Shown here: in pieces, positions 1-17,213 of the stretch
Numbering within the stretch: the first letter of the stretch is position 1
Layout: each line of letters opens with the position of its first letter
Assembly: GCF_009914755.1 (NCBI RefSeq)
Contig: NC_060939.1
Direction: 5' to 3' (one strand)
Length of the DNA stretch: 64,000 bases
From: the human T2T-CHM13v2.0 reference genome, Homo sapiens
Translations under genes and position numbers: made by a program
The notes under the pieces: generated by a model
What the model was told of the DNA's origin: nothing
Seen by the model: the letters and a program-made list of their open reading frames with translations, nothing else
The model's database searches: none

Positions 1-186
1 TCCTGACCCTGAGTAGCTGCGACTGCAGGCGCCTGCCACCATGCCTGGCTAATTTTTTTGTATTTTTTTTTTAGTAGAGACAGGATTTCACCGTGTTAGC
101 CAGGATGGTCTCCATCTCCTGACCTTGTGATCCGCCCGCCTCAGCCTCCTAAAGTGCTGGGATTACAGGCGTGCCACGCCCAGCCT
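1..186 (-). repeat. Alu (runs off the window start)
   Basis: Alu consensus, reverse complement. Confidence 0.93.
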
Positions 187-189
187 ATT

Positions 190-590
190 TAGAAGTTTTT
201 AAAATTTTTTTCAAATATTTGAGTTTTTCCCCAGTATCTTTTGTTTTGGATTTCTGATTTAATACTGTTGTGATCACAGAGCATACTTTTTATTATTTTA
301 ATTCTCTTATATTTAAGACTTGTTTTGTGCTACAGTATATGTTTGTTTTATTTGAGGTTTGTTTTATGTGATACAATATGAACATTTGTTTTATTTGAGG
401 TTTGTTTTATGTGATAGAATATGAACATTCCAAGTGCACTTGAGAATGTTTCTTATGCTATTATTGGGTGGAGTGTTCTATATTGTGTTAGCTCAGATTG
501 GTTGAGGTTTTTCAAGTTTTCTCTATCTTGCTGATTTTGTTTGTGTTTATCAATTAAGAGAGGAGTATTGAAATCTTCAGTGGTAATTTT
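190..590 (-). mobile_element. Old L1M fragment
   Basis: T-rich with L1M-like words (tgttgtgatcacagag, gtgcacttgagaatg, gggtggagtgttctata, gtattgaaatct). Confidence 0.55.
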
Positions 591-709
591 AAAAATTTAA
601 AATTCAATCAAAGAGAATTATAATATTAAGAGGGTTGGGAGGTGTAAAGGCAATATTTAAATTTTTTTTAATTTGTGGGGAAGGGGGAAGTATTTGCTTT
701 TTAGAATAA

Positions 710-1069
<360 letters not shown>

Positions 1070-1380
1070 TAATATTTAGTCAATTTCATTTGTTAACTTT
1101 TTTAATTTTACCCTTGGCCTACACTATGGCCTTCATCTTCGTGTATCTTTTCTTATTGCTTTTGTATGCCTAATTTTTATTGACAACCTCTAAAGATCCT
1201 TGAGTATAGATTGCTGTGGTAATATTGTGAAAAAAAAATTTTTTTCCCTTGACATAAGTTTGCTCACCCTGTATTAAAGAAAAAGATAGGAATGTTGGTC
1301 AGTTGACATAATTTTGGCACCTGTAAAATTATCTCACATTACTTCAATGTCTGAAACTCTGTGTTTTCTTTTTCTTTCAG

Positions 1381-1456
1381 ATAAACCGAGAAAACTGGTG
1401 TACAATAGAGCCATGCCCTGATGCAGCATCTCTTCTGGCTTCCAAGCAGAGCCCAG
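1381..1456 (+). CDS. AKAP13: AKAP13 coding exon (INRENWCTIEPCPDAASLLASKQSP-E), 76 nt, phase 0 to 1
   Basis: tttctttcag acceptor ending 1380; CAG|gtaagc donor; peptide recognised as AKAP13; joins the next exon in frame (G+AA=Glu). Confidence 0.95.
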
Positions 1457-1770
1457 GTAAGCTGAGATTATCCATTCATTTTCTGGAGCTGCAGCCCCAC
1501 TCTGGCAGATCGTTTTATTTGGAGATCTGCCCTTCCTTAGCATGTTATACAGTAAATCAGAGGAAGGGATGTATGTGATCTGGGTTTGTAGGCATTTTGT
1601 CTTACAGTTGAAGATGAACACATGTAATTACCGAATTTTGTTTTGGTAGCAACAGACATCATAGGTGGCTTTATGATTCATTCATTTGTGAAGGCATCTG
1701 TGCTGTGCATATACATATGACATAGGATTTTTAATCTGGTAAAAGTATAAATATACTGTTAACCAAACCT

Positions 1771-1949
1771 GAGGTTCTCAATTTTGAATGCACATTGGAA
1801 TTATCTGGCTGAACAAGCTTTAAAAATATACTGATGCCTGGGTCCTACCTCCAGATATTCTGATTTAATTGGGTGGGGTGTGGCCTAGATATCAAAATCT
1901 TTATAAGCTCCTTTGATTACCCTGCTGTGTACCCAAGGTTGAGAACCAT
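1771..1949. mobile_element. MER5A-like hAT-Charlie relic
   Basis: ggttctcaa...ttgagaacca inverted ends; internal tctgatttaattggg motif. Confidence 0.75.
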
Positions 1950-3171
1950 TACACTTTGGACACATGGTCAGGAATTAAGTCTTTCCTTAAGTACCTTTGA
2001 GTTATTCCTAACAACACTTGAGGGTACGATGCTCTTAAGACCTTGCTTGTTAATGACACAGCACATAGCTTGTGATTAGTTAGGATTCCCAACTTTTAAA
2101 CCAGGTCCAGCCTCTAACTCTGTGTGATGTAAAGTATGTTCCCTAATGTCTGTGTGCTCCGTTGTCTCCCTCCCATCTGTAAAGTGTTAGTAGCCTGTCT
2201 CATTTTGAGGGTGTAGTACAGATGACATGATGAGTAATCCCTGTGCCTGTTCTACGACTGCTAAGTGAATACTAGTAATTTGCATTCTGAGTTTTTTTAG
2301 TCTGTTTTACCCAGCAAGCCTCTGTTTGCCTTCCCAATTTTTACTGCCCAGCTTTAAAAATTACCTAGTCTTCATTTGCAGGTCTTTTTAGAAATAGTTT
2401 ACATGTAGATACCCTCCAGTAGTATTAAATTTAAAAACAAATGGTTTTGAATCCTCTAACTCCAGAGCAGTTTCCTACTGATTGTCAACTCTCTAACTTT
2501 ACTACAAAGGAAATATTGAAAACAAATATGAGAAGTGTTTTTCTCTATTTTTGTCTCATTTTTTGAGAGTAGTTAAGGATATTATGCTATAGTTGTGTTC
2601 AGGGTCCAAGTTTTACAAGATTGGCCCTGTTCACAGATTTAGCTGACACTTCCCCCATGTAGCCTCCTAGAACCTTCTACTTAAACGTGTACCACTTACT
2701 ACTGTGTTTTGGGTCCTTAAACTGTTTGGGGCTTTTTCTAAAAGTGTAATTAAAACCACCCAAGAGTGAGACTTTCTGCCAAGTAAAGGTTAAATGAGGT
2801 TGGTCACAGTTTGAATATTCATAGGAAGGAAAGATCTCCACACATCATAGTTTAATTTCTATATTTAGAGAAATAATTTTTGAACCCCTGGATGTTTTCC
2901 CCAGGACACAATTTTGAATTCTGTAGACCTACTGTACACCCTAACCCCAAGCATAAGCAATTTAGTCTTTTTAGAGTAATTATTGTAAAATCTCGATTTA
3001 ACAGAATTGCAGATCAGAATTATGCTACTGAGCTTCAGACCTGAGATTTTGATTTTAGGCATAGTGTTTTTGTGAATCCCAGGTACTTTGTTTTGCAGGT
3101 TTCTGTATTTTACTTTATACACACTTCCTCAAGAGAGCAATAGCATTAGACCAAATAAGATATTGTCTTTT

Positions 3172-3790
<619 letters not shown>

Positions 3791-5529
3791 AAGATACTGT
3801 CTTTTAAAATCACTTTGTATACTCTTCAATAATGGATAAATTACAAGATAGAATTATGATTAGTGTGACATAACAGAGCCCACCGGATTTCAGCAGTGTG
3901 TTTTCCTGCCCTTCCCCAACAACAGTTTGTTGGCATATATGTTGTTTTAAACCTAAATGACTAGATAACACCTTTTAAAAAGTTTGTATTATGTTAGCTT
4001 CTGAAAAGCTAATAGCTCAGTACACAAAAATTACAGACAGATTTACATATGGGTCATAAAATGGGACTGGCCCTACCTGTGTCCACCTTTAAGGTACTGT
4101 CATCTGGATACTTACTGAATCATACATTAAAGGTTAATGAAGCCTTAACTTCATTAGACACATATATCACACACCTGCTATGTGCTGGAAACCAGAGTTC
4201 TGGTTACTGTATGTATAAATTATTCCTGTCACTATGACTCCTTTAGGGAAGTACTAATCATCTCTTGTCACTGTTATGGAAATGGCAACTGAGAGGGGTG
4301 AAATTACTTCTTGCCTGGAATTTTTCTTCTATTAAGTAGTCAGACCTAGATTTAAGCCTGATCAGTCTAACTAAAAAACCAGAGCTCTTTACTCTTGTTT
4401 ACACTTAGATATGCCGCTCCCCTTTATTCAGTAGGAAGGGGACAAATAGGAAGAAAGAAAAGATTTTATTAATTTTGAAAACTTACCAATTCATGTGACA
4501 CAGGGTGTGGATTAGCTCTGCCTTTAGGGATTCCCCCCACCTCCCCCCGCCCCATGGCGTTAGGGGGTTATAATGGTTTACGGTCCCTCTCTCTCCATCT
4601 TAGCCCTTCTTTCTGTACTTTTCCCTCTTTCCCTCCTCAACAGTCAGCTTTATCTCACAGAGCAGACTCTCGTCCCAAACTTGGTTTGTTATCCCTTGTG
4701 GTGCTGGCTTGAATTTATTTTCTGGGTGAGGTATTCCTCCCAGGGCTGAATCTGGATCTTCCCCATGAATTTTCCATTCGAATATCGTGAGCTAGTTTGT
4801 TTTCCAGTCTGGAATTTGGACGTGGTCTGTTAGAGGGCCAGCTGGACAGCGAGCAGCTCAGCGTAGTTGCTGTGACAGCCCTTTCTTTTCTTGGCCAGCC
4901 CCCATATTTTTCCCTCAACCATGGAAAGGCATTTTTTTATTTTTTCAAGCAGGGAAAGGAGAAGGAATAGATCACACCCACCAACTCCTCCTAGGTTACT
5001 ACATACTCTAGGAAACGTGAAAAAAAAAAAACCTCCAGAATACCCATAGTTTCCAGTCTGTTAAAGGCAGGGCTGTTCCCATTGAACTAACACACTCCAA
5101 AATAGTTTGAACCAAGACTGAAACAGACTAAGGTGATTTTTTTTTTAAATGAAAGATTTTCAGATTCATCCATGAGCCCTCTCTCACTTCCTATGGCATT
5201 TTTTTTTTTTGTAATTCTTTGTTGAAATTGTCTTCTAATATGTTCATTTCTGCTACAAGACAGTAAACTGCTTCCCCCCCAACACTAAACATTTCTTTTT
5301 ATTTGGTTACTCCCCAGTATTTAGCCAGATGCTTAACTAGTAGAAAAAGTAATTTTATTGGCAGGGGATTTATGACCTATACCAATGCAATGCAATGCAG
5401 CCTTGACCCTTGCTCTAAGCTACCAGCGCAAATAATTCAGTGATTATCACTAATTACTTAACTGTTAATTAGAAGAACTATTTCTTCCCACTTTCAACAC
5501 ACAGAGACAACATAATTACCATCCAGGCA

Positions 5530-6190
5530 TAAAATCTAATAATCAAAGGAGACGTTGGAAGTTATGTAGTCCAACCCTCACTTCCCTCTCTGTGCAGATA
5601 CCTTTTCTGTAATATCTTGACATAGTCATTCTGTGTTCCAAAACCCTTCTGGTAAAGTGATAGTCATTACTTTATAGGCCACCCAACCTATTGCTAAGAA
5701 GCCCCGTTTTAGTGAAGCTCTGTAGCTCACACTCACTGGTCTTTGCCCCTGGAACAGTACAGAGGGAATCTGTGACAGTCTTTAGGCACATTTTCTTCAA
5801 GCTCCTCGGCAAGCTGTATGTATCTCAGACGGTTTGACTGTCGTGACCCCATTACTACGTACACATTTTTGTTTATCAGTGTTCTACTTGAGATGTTATT
5901 TAGGAACAAGTACAGTCCCGAGGGTGTGGTCTGGATGGCACATAGCGACAGGACTGTCCCCGTTTTGGATGCCCGTGTACTATTTACTAATAGAGACTAA
6001 AACTATTAGTGTTTCTTTGGTTTTGTCATCACCTTGTACTGTCAGTTCCTTTTGAATTTGCTTCCCCCAAAACCTCCAAGTAGAGTTCTCTTTAACTCCT
6101 AGATAGCCAGGTTTCTTGCCCTGTCCCTCATCATTTAGTGTCACCTACAAATTTGATAAAGCATGCCTACCTGGTTGTCCAAATAACACA
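5530..6190 (-). mobile_element. Ancient CR1/L3-like LINE fragment
   Basis: minus strand near 6135-6157 translates IKFVGDTK, a degenerate version of the CR1 RT motif KFADDTK. Confidence 0.5.
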
Positions 6191-6231
6191 TTAACTTGCT
6201 TACAAAAACAGAGATGCATGACTTTTATCTT

Positions 6232-6538
<307 letters not shown>

Positions 6539-6565
6539 ATGACTTTTATCCTTAAAACTTCTTAG

Positions 6566-6804
6566 GGCCAGGCCCAGTGGCTCACACCTGTAATCCCAGC
6601 ACTTTGGGAGGCTGAGGCAGGTGGATCACATGGTCAGGAGATGGAGATCATCCTGGCTAACACGGTGAAACCTCATCTCTACTAAAAATACAAAAAAAAA
6701 AAAAAAAAAAAAATTAGCCAGGCATGGTGGCACGTGCCTGTAGTCCCAGCTACTCAAGAGGCTGAAGCAGGAGAATCGCTTGAACCCAGGAGGCGGAAGT
6801 TGCA
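6566..6804 (+). repeat. 3'-truncated Alu with expanded central A-tract
   Basis: ends at gttgca with no right-arm end or tail. Confidence 0.9.
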
Positions 6805-6928
6805 AAAACTTATTGAAGGAAGCTCATATCCACTCAGTAATGGACTTGGGTTCTTGGTTTCACCATCCACAAATCTCTTTAACCGTGTTGGTACCCAGTC
6901 ACATGTCACTTTTGTTTACAAAGTTAAT

Positions 6929-7145
6929 AGCCTGGGCAACATGCCAAAACCCCATCTTTACAAAAAATAAACTGGACTTGGTGGCGTGTGCCTGCATTCT
7001 CAGCTACTTGGGAGGCTAAGGTGTGAGGATTGCTTGAGCCCAGGAGGTGGAGGTTGAAGTGAGCTGAGATCATGTCACCGTAGTACAGCCTGAGCAACAG
7101 AACGAGAACTTGTCTCAAAATAAACAACACAAAACAGAAAAGCAA
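6929..7145 (+). repeat. 5'-truncated old Alu
   Basis: agcctgggcaacatg...tgtctcaaaa. Confidence 0.85.
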
Positions 7146-7814
7146 AGTTAATAAGAGAGAATACCTTGCTTATTTCAAGCTACTAAGTTTTTAGGCTTCC
7201 TCAATGTACAAAGGTAGTATTTCTGTCACAGACCCCTCCCTCTAGCTTGCCAGGGTCCCTGTTCTAGTTATTGAACCGAAAACATTCTAAATGATAAATT
7301 TTTCCACTTTGGCATATTATGCCCCCAATTTAAGAGCTATTTATGGTAAGAAAAGTTAAATTATATTTCTGTTATTACTCAGTAGAACCTATAAGTTTAA
7401 AACAAACCCCATCACATAGTTGCTAGTAAAAGACTTTGGATTTTGAAGACAAAAGAAAAAAAATGCCCTCACTACCATGAGGAAAGCATTACCATTCAGG
7501 TATCTAAATAGAAGTAGAATATGCTTCTAAATCATCCTTTTATCTTTCTGTACCTAATATAAACGTGGCAGATGCATGATTGTCCTGTAGGAGCTATTTC
7601 AACCTAGAATTGGAGTAGCAGAGCTACTAATTTGACTGTGTCCTTTTATAGCTTCTTAATTTTGAAAAAAAGAAATAAGGAGGGAAGGAAGAGAAAAGAG
7701 TGAGAGAGAGATTTAAAAGACTGGTTGCTGGGGTGAAAAGGAAGTGGTTCTTTTTGTTTTTTGGTTTTTTTGTTTTTTTTTTTTCAATATTGGTGAATAA
7801 ATTCTCTTTTTCAG

Positions 7815-7951
7815 AATGTGAGAACTTCCTGGATGTTGGACTGGGCAGAGAGTGTACCTCAAAACAAGGTGTACTTAAAAGAGAATCTGGGAGTGATTCT
7901 GACCTCTTTCACTCACCCAGTGATGACATGGACAGCATCATCTTCCCAAAG
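7815..7951 (+). CDS. AKAP13: AKAP13 coding exon (CENFLDVGLGRECTSKQGVLKRESGSDSDLFHSPSDDMDSIIFPK), 137 nt, phase 1 to 0
   Basis: ctctttttcag acceptor, AAG|gtactg donor; core of ORF 7700..8071. Confidence 0.95.
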
Positions 7952-8176
7952 GTACTGTGTGGACCTTCCTTTCATTTTTGTCACACGGCTTTTGTGTTCC
8001 TATTTGGGCTTCCCAAACTCTTTTCCAACTTTTTCCCCCTCTTGTGCTCTCCTGTTTCCCTAAATATGTAACTCCTGCTAGTAAGTTGTGATCCAGCTAG
8101 CCTTGTAGGGCCTCACTCACTCTGAGAGGCATGTAAATGTTCTTTGGAGAAGGAAGCGCCAGATTACCAGGGTTTA

Positions 8177-8464
<288 letters not shown>

Positions 8465-9067
8465 TTATTTAATGTGAAATTGTGGCCAGTTAAATACAGA
8501 TTTTGAAGCTCACTTGGGAGTCAGAAGAAATGGAAGTTCCTTTAGAATTAATTAAGTCAGATGACAGTGAACACTTCTCAGTGGGCAGCAAGGACCGCAG
8601 CTCAGACTATATGATGTCATATTTATAAACCAGCTGTAGAGTCATTTCTGGTTAATGTGTTTAGGCCTGAAGCTTCCTGCTGAGTGTGGTCATATCACTC
8701 ATCCTCATCTAGCCTGCCTAATTGGAACTTTCTAGATCTCTGCAATAGAGCCCTTCCACATGAATCAGCTCACATTTGCATATAATTGGAGGCTGCCTAA
8801 GGGAGGTGGGGAATGGGGGTAGTTTGCTTTCTTTTGCTTATATTTGTTTCTAGTGGCAGCAAGTTCTGTTTTGCTCACCTGAGAAGAATAGAGGGCTTTC
8901 CCCACAGCAGAGATGGCAAATGCTACTCAATTATATGCCACAAGTGGTTTTCTTAATGGTAAGGAGGTGAAGAGGCGGAAACACTGTTGCATCTACCAAC
9001 ACGGTTCCTTCTAGTTTTATAATGAGCTCGGAGAAGTGGTGAGAGCAGTTGTGTTAGTGGGTGATTA

Positions 9068-9420
<353 letters not shown>

Positions 9421-9659
9421 AGTTACAAGAAAAGAGACCTAAAGATTTGGGAATCAGGAGCATATCAGTGCCTCTGTGAATGTACCCTGTGTGCCTTCCT
9501 TTCATTTTTGGCCTTCCCTGACTTTTTTTTTTTTGAACTCATTGTCTTCCCAAGGTCTTTGGAAAGACTTATTTAATATGATGCAAACTTAAGGATTTCT
9601 ATCATTGTCACTCATAGTGACTTGACAAAAAATTCTATGAAGTAAAAACTCCACATTTA

Positions 9660-10019
<360 letters not shown>

Positions 10020-10563
10020 TTATTTTTTTTTTAATAATATCAGAATTTAGGTAATTTCCACTGCGACTTTCGAGGTTTTAATTGTAAGGAATTCTGTTCC
10101 CCGCAAGGGGAATACCATTCTGAAGATATGTGTCGCTAAAAACATACTGAGATAAACAGATTAGATAGTATCTCTAAGTTCCAGCTTTAAAATGGGATCA
10201 TTGATAATCATTGAAACTAGGTCATGGATATACAGAGATTTGTTAAACATTTATATATGTTTGAAAATTTTAACGTAAAAAGTTTTTTAAAAATGGAAGT
10301 GTCTTTGTTAAGAAATACTTCCTTGCAACCTCCTAGGTGCATGACAGCTTGTGCCTGGATGTTACCATCTCTGCAGACTCAGAGTTACTTCTGGTCACTT
10401 AATTGAATGGTTTTCTTAGCTAAGGAGAATTAGAATTTTCTATATTTCGCCGTCTTATTTTCCCAGAACCATTTACAAAATTGCTCATATAAATGGCCTG
10501 TGCTAGATTTGGAAGATTTTTTTTTTCAAGAATATTAGACATATAATTTTTAAAAGTTGAAGG

Positions 10564-10853
10564 AGGCCAGGCGTGGTGGATCTTAGCATTTTGGGAGGCT
10601 AAGGCAGGAGGATCACTTGAGTCAAGGAGTTTGAGATCAGCCTGGGCCAATATAATGGGACCTTGTCTCTACAAAAAATACCAAAATTAGCCAGACATGG
10701 TGGTGCACACCTGTGGTCCCAGCTATTCAGGAGGCTGAGGTGGGAAGATCACTTAAGTGTAGGAGGTTAACGCTGCAGTGAGCCGTGATGGCACCACTGC
10801 ACTCCAGCCTGGGCGACAGAGCAAGACCCTGTCTCAAAAATAAATAAATAAAT
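10564..10853 (+). repeat. AluJ-like element
   Basis: consensus match. Confidence 0.9.
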
Positions 10854-12104
10854 AACACCTACATTTTATACTAGACTGCTTAGGGAAAACCAGAAATGGT
10901 AGCTTCACTTTCACCTCCTCATGCATGCTTGAGAATGTCTGCATGGCCTGAGAAGAGATGGGGAGGATTTTTCTCTTAGTGTTTTTGCTGTACCAAAGTA
11001 GCCTGTGACCAGGAGAGGCTTTGCAATAAATGTTTGCTCTAGCATTAATAAAACCAAGGGCTGACTTACAAAAAGGAGAGAGACTAATATTGACAGGATA
11101 CTTACTGTACAGTAGGTACTGAACTAAATTTTTAAAATATTTGATCTCAATTTGTCTGCCCAGCAACCCTGACAAGTGGGTGGTTTTATGCTCTTGAGGA
11201 AATAGAGGCACTGATAGGTAAAGAAATGTATCCAGAATTACTTAGTGGGTGAGCAGCCAACTTGAGGTTTGCATCTAGGCCTGACTCTAAAATCTGTTCA
11301 TTTTTTATTTTACTCTCAACCTCCCCAAACCTGCTCTAATAGCCAGTGATTAAATAAAAGCGTGGCACTGGCAGATAGGCCATCAGCTGCTTCCTTAAAA
11401 GTCTTCCTCAGTGGTCACCCCCAGAGTGTGCTATGCAAAATATCAGAATGTCTTGCAGTTTGTTCCCAGGTTCTAACCCTCTTCTCCATCTCTAAAAAAT
11501 AATCTGTAGGCGAGACATTGCAACATCTTTTTCTGTGAACCATGAGTGGTACATGAGGTCACTTCCTGCAGCCATTTGTGTCTCTGGCCTCACAGAGGTC
11601 TTTAACAGCCCGTAACGTTTGTCGTGACCTTTTCACCTTAACCCTGTCTTTCCATTCAGTATGCCTCCTGGTAAATGACTCTTTAGTGAGTGTTATGAGC
11701 TTCACGTTTATTCTCATGAATATGTGTGGGTTCCTAAGGTCTTTAATCAATAGCATAAAATTTAGATTTTATTTTTAAAGTGAAAAGAAATCCTAGGATT
11801 CTTTTTGGCACTAGCTAAGAGAGAAAGTACGATTATAAAATATACATGATCTAGGCCACTCTACTATCCAAAAGGATAATTAAAGTCTACAGGAAATATT
11901 AATAGTTGCTGCCTGTCTTCCCAAAGAGAGGTAAATCAAGGTCCTTCCATGTTATTTTTCTTCCCCAGGTTAGCAGATGTATCTACAATTGATTTAAAAA
12001 AATCAGAATGACTTATATAAGATACAAAACCTAAAGGGAACATCCTTCTTTCATGTGTTGTAGTTTTTCTCAGGTCCTTGATCCCCAAGCCAAAAAATTA
12101 CTTA

Positions 12105-12844
<740 letters not shown>

Positions 12845-13520
12845 TTAAAACTGTGAACCAGTGGTAATGCTTGTAATCAGGTACTTTTCTTAAAATATTG
12901 AACATAAATGGATTAAATGGTTGGCATGTGTTAGGTGTTTAAAATGTGAGCCATTATTTTCCAAGGCACATAGTAGAGTGCCTTGTGTATCATTACAAAT
13001 AATAATAATAAATGTTTGGGAATAAATGGAGATTAAAGGACTAGTATTTTGGCAATATTAAGCATGATTTCTTCAAGTATAGTAATAAGATATAAAGTAT
13101 GCAGCAGTTTTGTAATTTTATGTTTATAATGTTTATACCTCTGTATATACTTACGTATCCATACCTGTATAATGTAACTCTGGCTAAGAAAGCCAATCAG
13201 GCATTTTTCCCAACATTTTATTAAGAATATATTGAGGCATATAGAAAATTTGGAGAATTGTACAGTGAACACCCGTATACCCACTACTTAGATCCTACAA
13301 TTAACTTTTAATTGTATTTGCTCTATTATGTAACTATATATCTGTCCATCCTTCTGTCCACCCAGTTTGCCTGAATTCTTTGAGGCAAGTTACAAATATC
13401 GATATACTTCACCTCTGAACACTTAGAATTCAGTATTTGTTTATAGGTTGGTTGGGTTTTTCGGTGAAGTTTACATACAGTGAAATGTACAATCTTGAGG
13501 GTACCAGTCAGTGACTTTTT

Positions 13521-13633
13521 AAAAAAAAATTTAATGACTGCTTCACGAATGTGTGCATCATCCTTGCACAGAGGCCATGCTAATCGTCTGTGCATTGTTC
13601 CGATTTTAGTGTATGTGCTACTGAAGTGAGCAC
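13521..13633 (-). pseudogene. U6 snRNA retropseudogene (full length, diverged)
   Basis: reverse complement reads GTGCTCACTTCAGTAGCACATACACTAAAATCGGAACAATGCACAGACGATTAGCATGGCCTCTGTGCAAGGATGATGCACACATTCGTGAAGC, colinear with U6; direct repeat tcagtgactttt at 13508-13519 and 13637-13648; ACAGAGA box mutated. Confidence 0.93.
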
Positions 13634-14587
13634 CCATCAGTGACTTTTGATAGAAGCCTTCATTCACGTTTGTACGCAGCCTGCAGCAGGGTACAGACTA
13701 TAAGCATCACTTTGGAGTTGCCTCATGTCTCTTCTCAGTCGGTCTCCATTCACACCCTCTCAAGGCAACAGCTGTCTTAACTGTTTTCCCACCGCAGATT
13801 AGTTTTCTGTTTCAGAACTTCGTATAAATGGAATCTAAATAATATCATTTCTCTTGAGAAATACCTAGGATTCGAATTCTTAGATTATATGGTAGGTATA
13901 GGTTTAGTTTGCTAAGAAACGGATCTTTTCCCAAGCGGTTGTACCATTTTACATTTTCACCAGTGATGTTTTGTTTTCCTTTTTCAAGTAATAACCACCA
14001 ATTCATAGTAAGAGCTGCATACTGCAGTAAAAATAATGAGTATAAGAATATTATTCTGTGTGAACTTTATTCTTACCAGATATGCAAGACTGTAGAAATC
14101 ATGTAGTTTCAGTGAGATCAGAGTTAAAAGCACATATTAGGAAGAAAGGCTTTGTGTTGAGAATATATTCTAGACAGATCTCTTTGTTTTTAAAATGTGT
14201 ATAAACAGGCCACCAAAGATTTTCCCACCTTATTTTAATGACTCTCAAAAGGGTAGATGGTTGTTTTATAAACTTCAGATTCGTTAAGTGCCAGAGAGAT
14301 AGCAGGCCTTTTTTTCAAGGCAAAATCCTTCCAAGATTGGATGCCAGAGTGAAGAAGCACCTATATAACTGTCTGTGAGTTGTTTCCAAACTGAGAAGAG
14401 CTAACTTGTAAGAAGGCTATATGGTAAATTAATAAATGGAAACTTTAACTCAAAATTTTTGTTTGCCTTGAAGTCTTTTTTGTGTGTTTTAGAACAGGCT
14501 TGTTATACATTTTGCTTTATTGGTGTTCATTCTGTTTGTCCCTTGGTATTATTTTGAGAATTAGACATTTAGGCAGCTAAGCGTGAG

Positions 14588-15032
14588 TATATTAGCTTCC
14601 TAGGGCTGCTGTAACAAATTACTGGAAGCTGGGCGGCTGAAAACAACAGGAACTTACTTGGTCCCAGTTCTGGAGGCTGGAGATCCTAATCACCGTGTCA
14701 GTGGGGCTGCTTTCCTTCTGTAGGCTCTGAGAGAAAATGGCCTCTCTTCTAGTCTCTGGTGCTTGTTCAGTCCTTGGTGTTCCTTGGGTTGTAGACACTG
14801 CACTCCAATCTCTCCTCTGCCTTCACGTGGTATTCTCTCCTGTGTGTCTTTTTGTGTCTCTTCTCCTCTTGCAGGGACACCATTTGTGTTGGGATCTGGG
14901 GACATTTTGGATCCACCCTACTCCAGTATAACCTCATCTTAACTAATTACATCTGCAAAGACCCTCTTTCCAAATAAGCTCACATTCTGAGAAGGACCTG
15001 TATCTGAGGAGGACATTATTCAACCCAGTACA
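14588..15032 (-). mobile_element. MLT1-family (ERVL-MaLR) solo LTR
   Basis: tattagcttcctagggctgctgtaacaaa...attcaacccagtaca termini typical of MLT1; 5-bp TSD gtgag at 14583-14587 and 15033-15037. Confidence 0.85.
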
Positions 15033-16548
15033 GTGAGAAAGCCGAGATATTCACGAGACCATTTACATTGTCCTTGTCCATGGAAAGTTGCCCCGTGAAT
15101 AGGACCCCTTTAGGAAACCCCTGAGTCCCTCACTCAGAAAGCATAGTCAGTTATTTCATTTTAAAATAATACCTACCACAATTTAGAATTTACTCAGTGA
15201 ACCATAGTTTTATTTTACAGAGTGACCCAGTGAAGGGACTTTTCTGATACTGACTTTGATATCTTGTTCTTACAGGGTTTTTTAAAAAGATGATTGAGAT
15301 ACCAGAATAGGGCAATTTGAGTTGAAATCAGCCTGGGTTCAAATCTTGATTCTGCTGCTCATGCCTGCGTCCGTTGGAAAATCTGGACCTCAGTTTGACC
15401 TGTCCAGTGATCCCCTTGCATCTTTTCTCTCATTCCCATACATTACTTAAAAAACAATCTAGGAAACTGGATTCCACGGAACTGGAAAAAGAAAGCCTTC
15501 TTATTAGCTTATGAGATCAAGCCCAAAAGGTAGGAAGGGTGCTTTTAGAAGGTAGTGTGCTTTTGAACTATTACATCAAACCTTTAAAAAGAGTCTCCTT
15601 ATAGTATAGAGATATAGAGCTTGTTTTCTATTCCAAAGCTGAAAGATTTTCATAATTTTTTTCTCTTTCTTGAAGAACCATAATTTTTTTTTACCCTTAA
15701 TTAAAACATTGAGTAGACTAATTTGGAAAATATTGTGAAAAAGGGAAAAAGAATTACAAAATGCCCTTCCCTGTTCCCTGCCCCCATCCCGTAAGAGTGC
15801 AAAATAGCTATTAAGACAGTGTCCACATCTTAAGAGTATGATCAAACATCTCTTAGACACTTCTTTTGGCCTTTTGGGTACCATGAAGCTCATCTTTCCC
15901 TCACCCATCAAATTCTGTGTTCTGGTATCTCCTTCCCTCGCTCCCTCTCAGGTTCAAGAGATTTTCCTTCCTCAGCCTCCCCAGTAGCTGGGATTACAGG
16001 CATGAGCCACTGCGCCCAGCCACTGGTATGTTTCAACAAGTAGAAAATGTCAGGCTACTAGAACAGAGTTACACAGAACCTGTTAGGCACTAGAGGTTAG
16101 CCAGGAAAGAGCATCATCACTTTATCAAAGACCTCATTGCCAGGACTGATTATTTAATGTATGATTTGGCCTCATAATACTCAGCCAGTTCTCAGTGAAA
16201 TGAGAAAAATGTATAGCTTTCTTCCATTTAGATATTTGTAACAGGTACTTATGCATTTGTGGCAAACTTTAGGTGGGGTCATAAGCTATTCCACATTTTT
16301 CAGAAGGCCACTAAAAACAACCACAGACTTCCTTTTGGAATATTAATTTCAGCATATTATTATTGTAGCCAAGCAGACTGTTTTGTTTTCAGTTAAAGCT
16401 TATAAAAAATAATTAAACCTAACACATGATAAATTTTGTTTTCATATACAAAAAACCCAGAGACAGATGGATTCCCTTCATTGCAGTTGGTGATATTTAC
16501 TGAAAGAACTAACATAAATTTGATATTTTTCCTCTTGAAGAAAAAAAT

Positions 16549-17213
<665 letters not shown>

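Noticed and set aside
11660-11685. Micro-exon after ctgtctttccattcag with donors gtaaat (11671) or gtgagt (11686)
   Set aside because: Lengths of 11 and 26 nt both break frame in a phase-0 intron; no further support visible
13521-13633. Functional U6 snRNA gene
   Set aside because: Flanked by a TSD, ACAGAGA box mutated, many substitutions, and no recognisable PSE/TATA upstream
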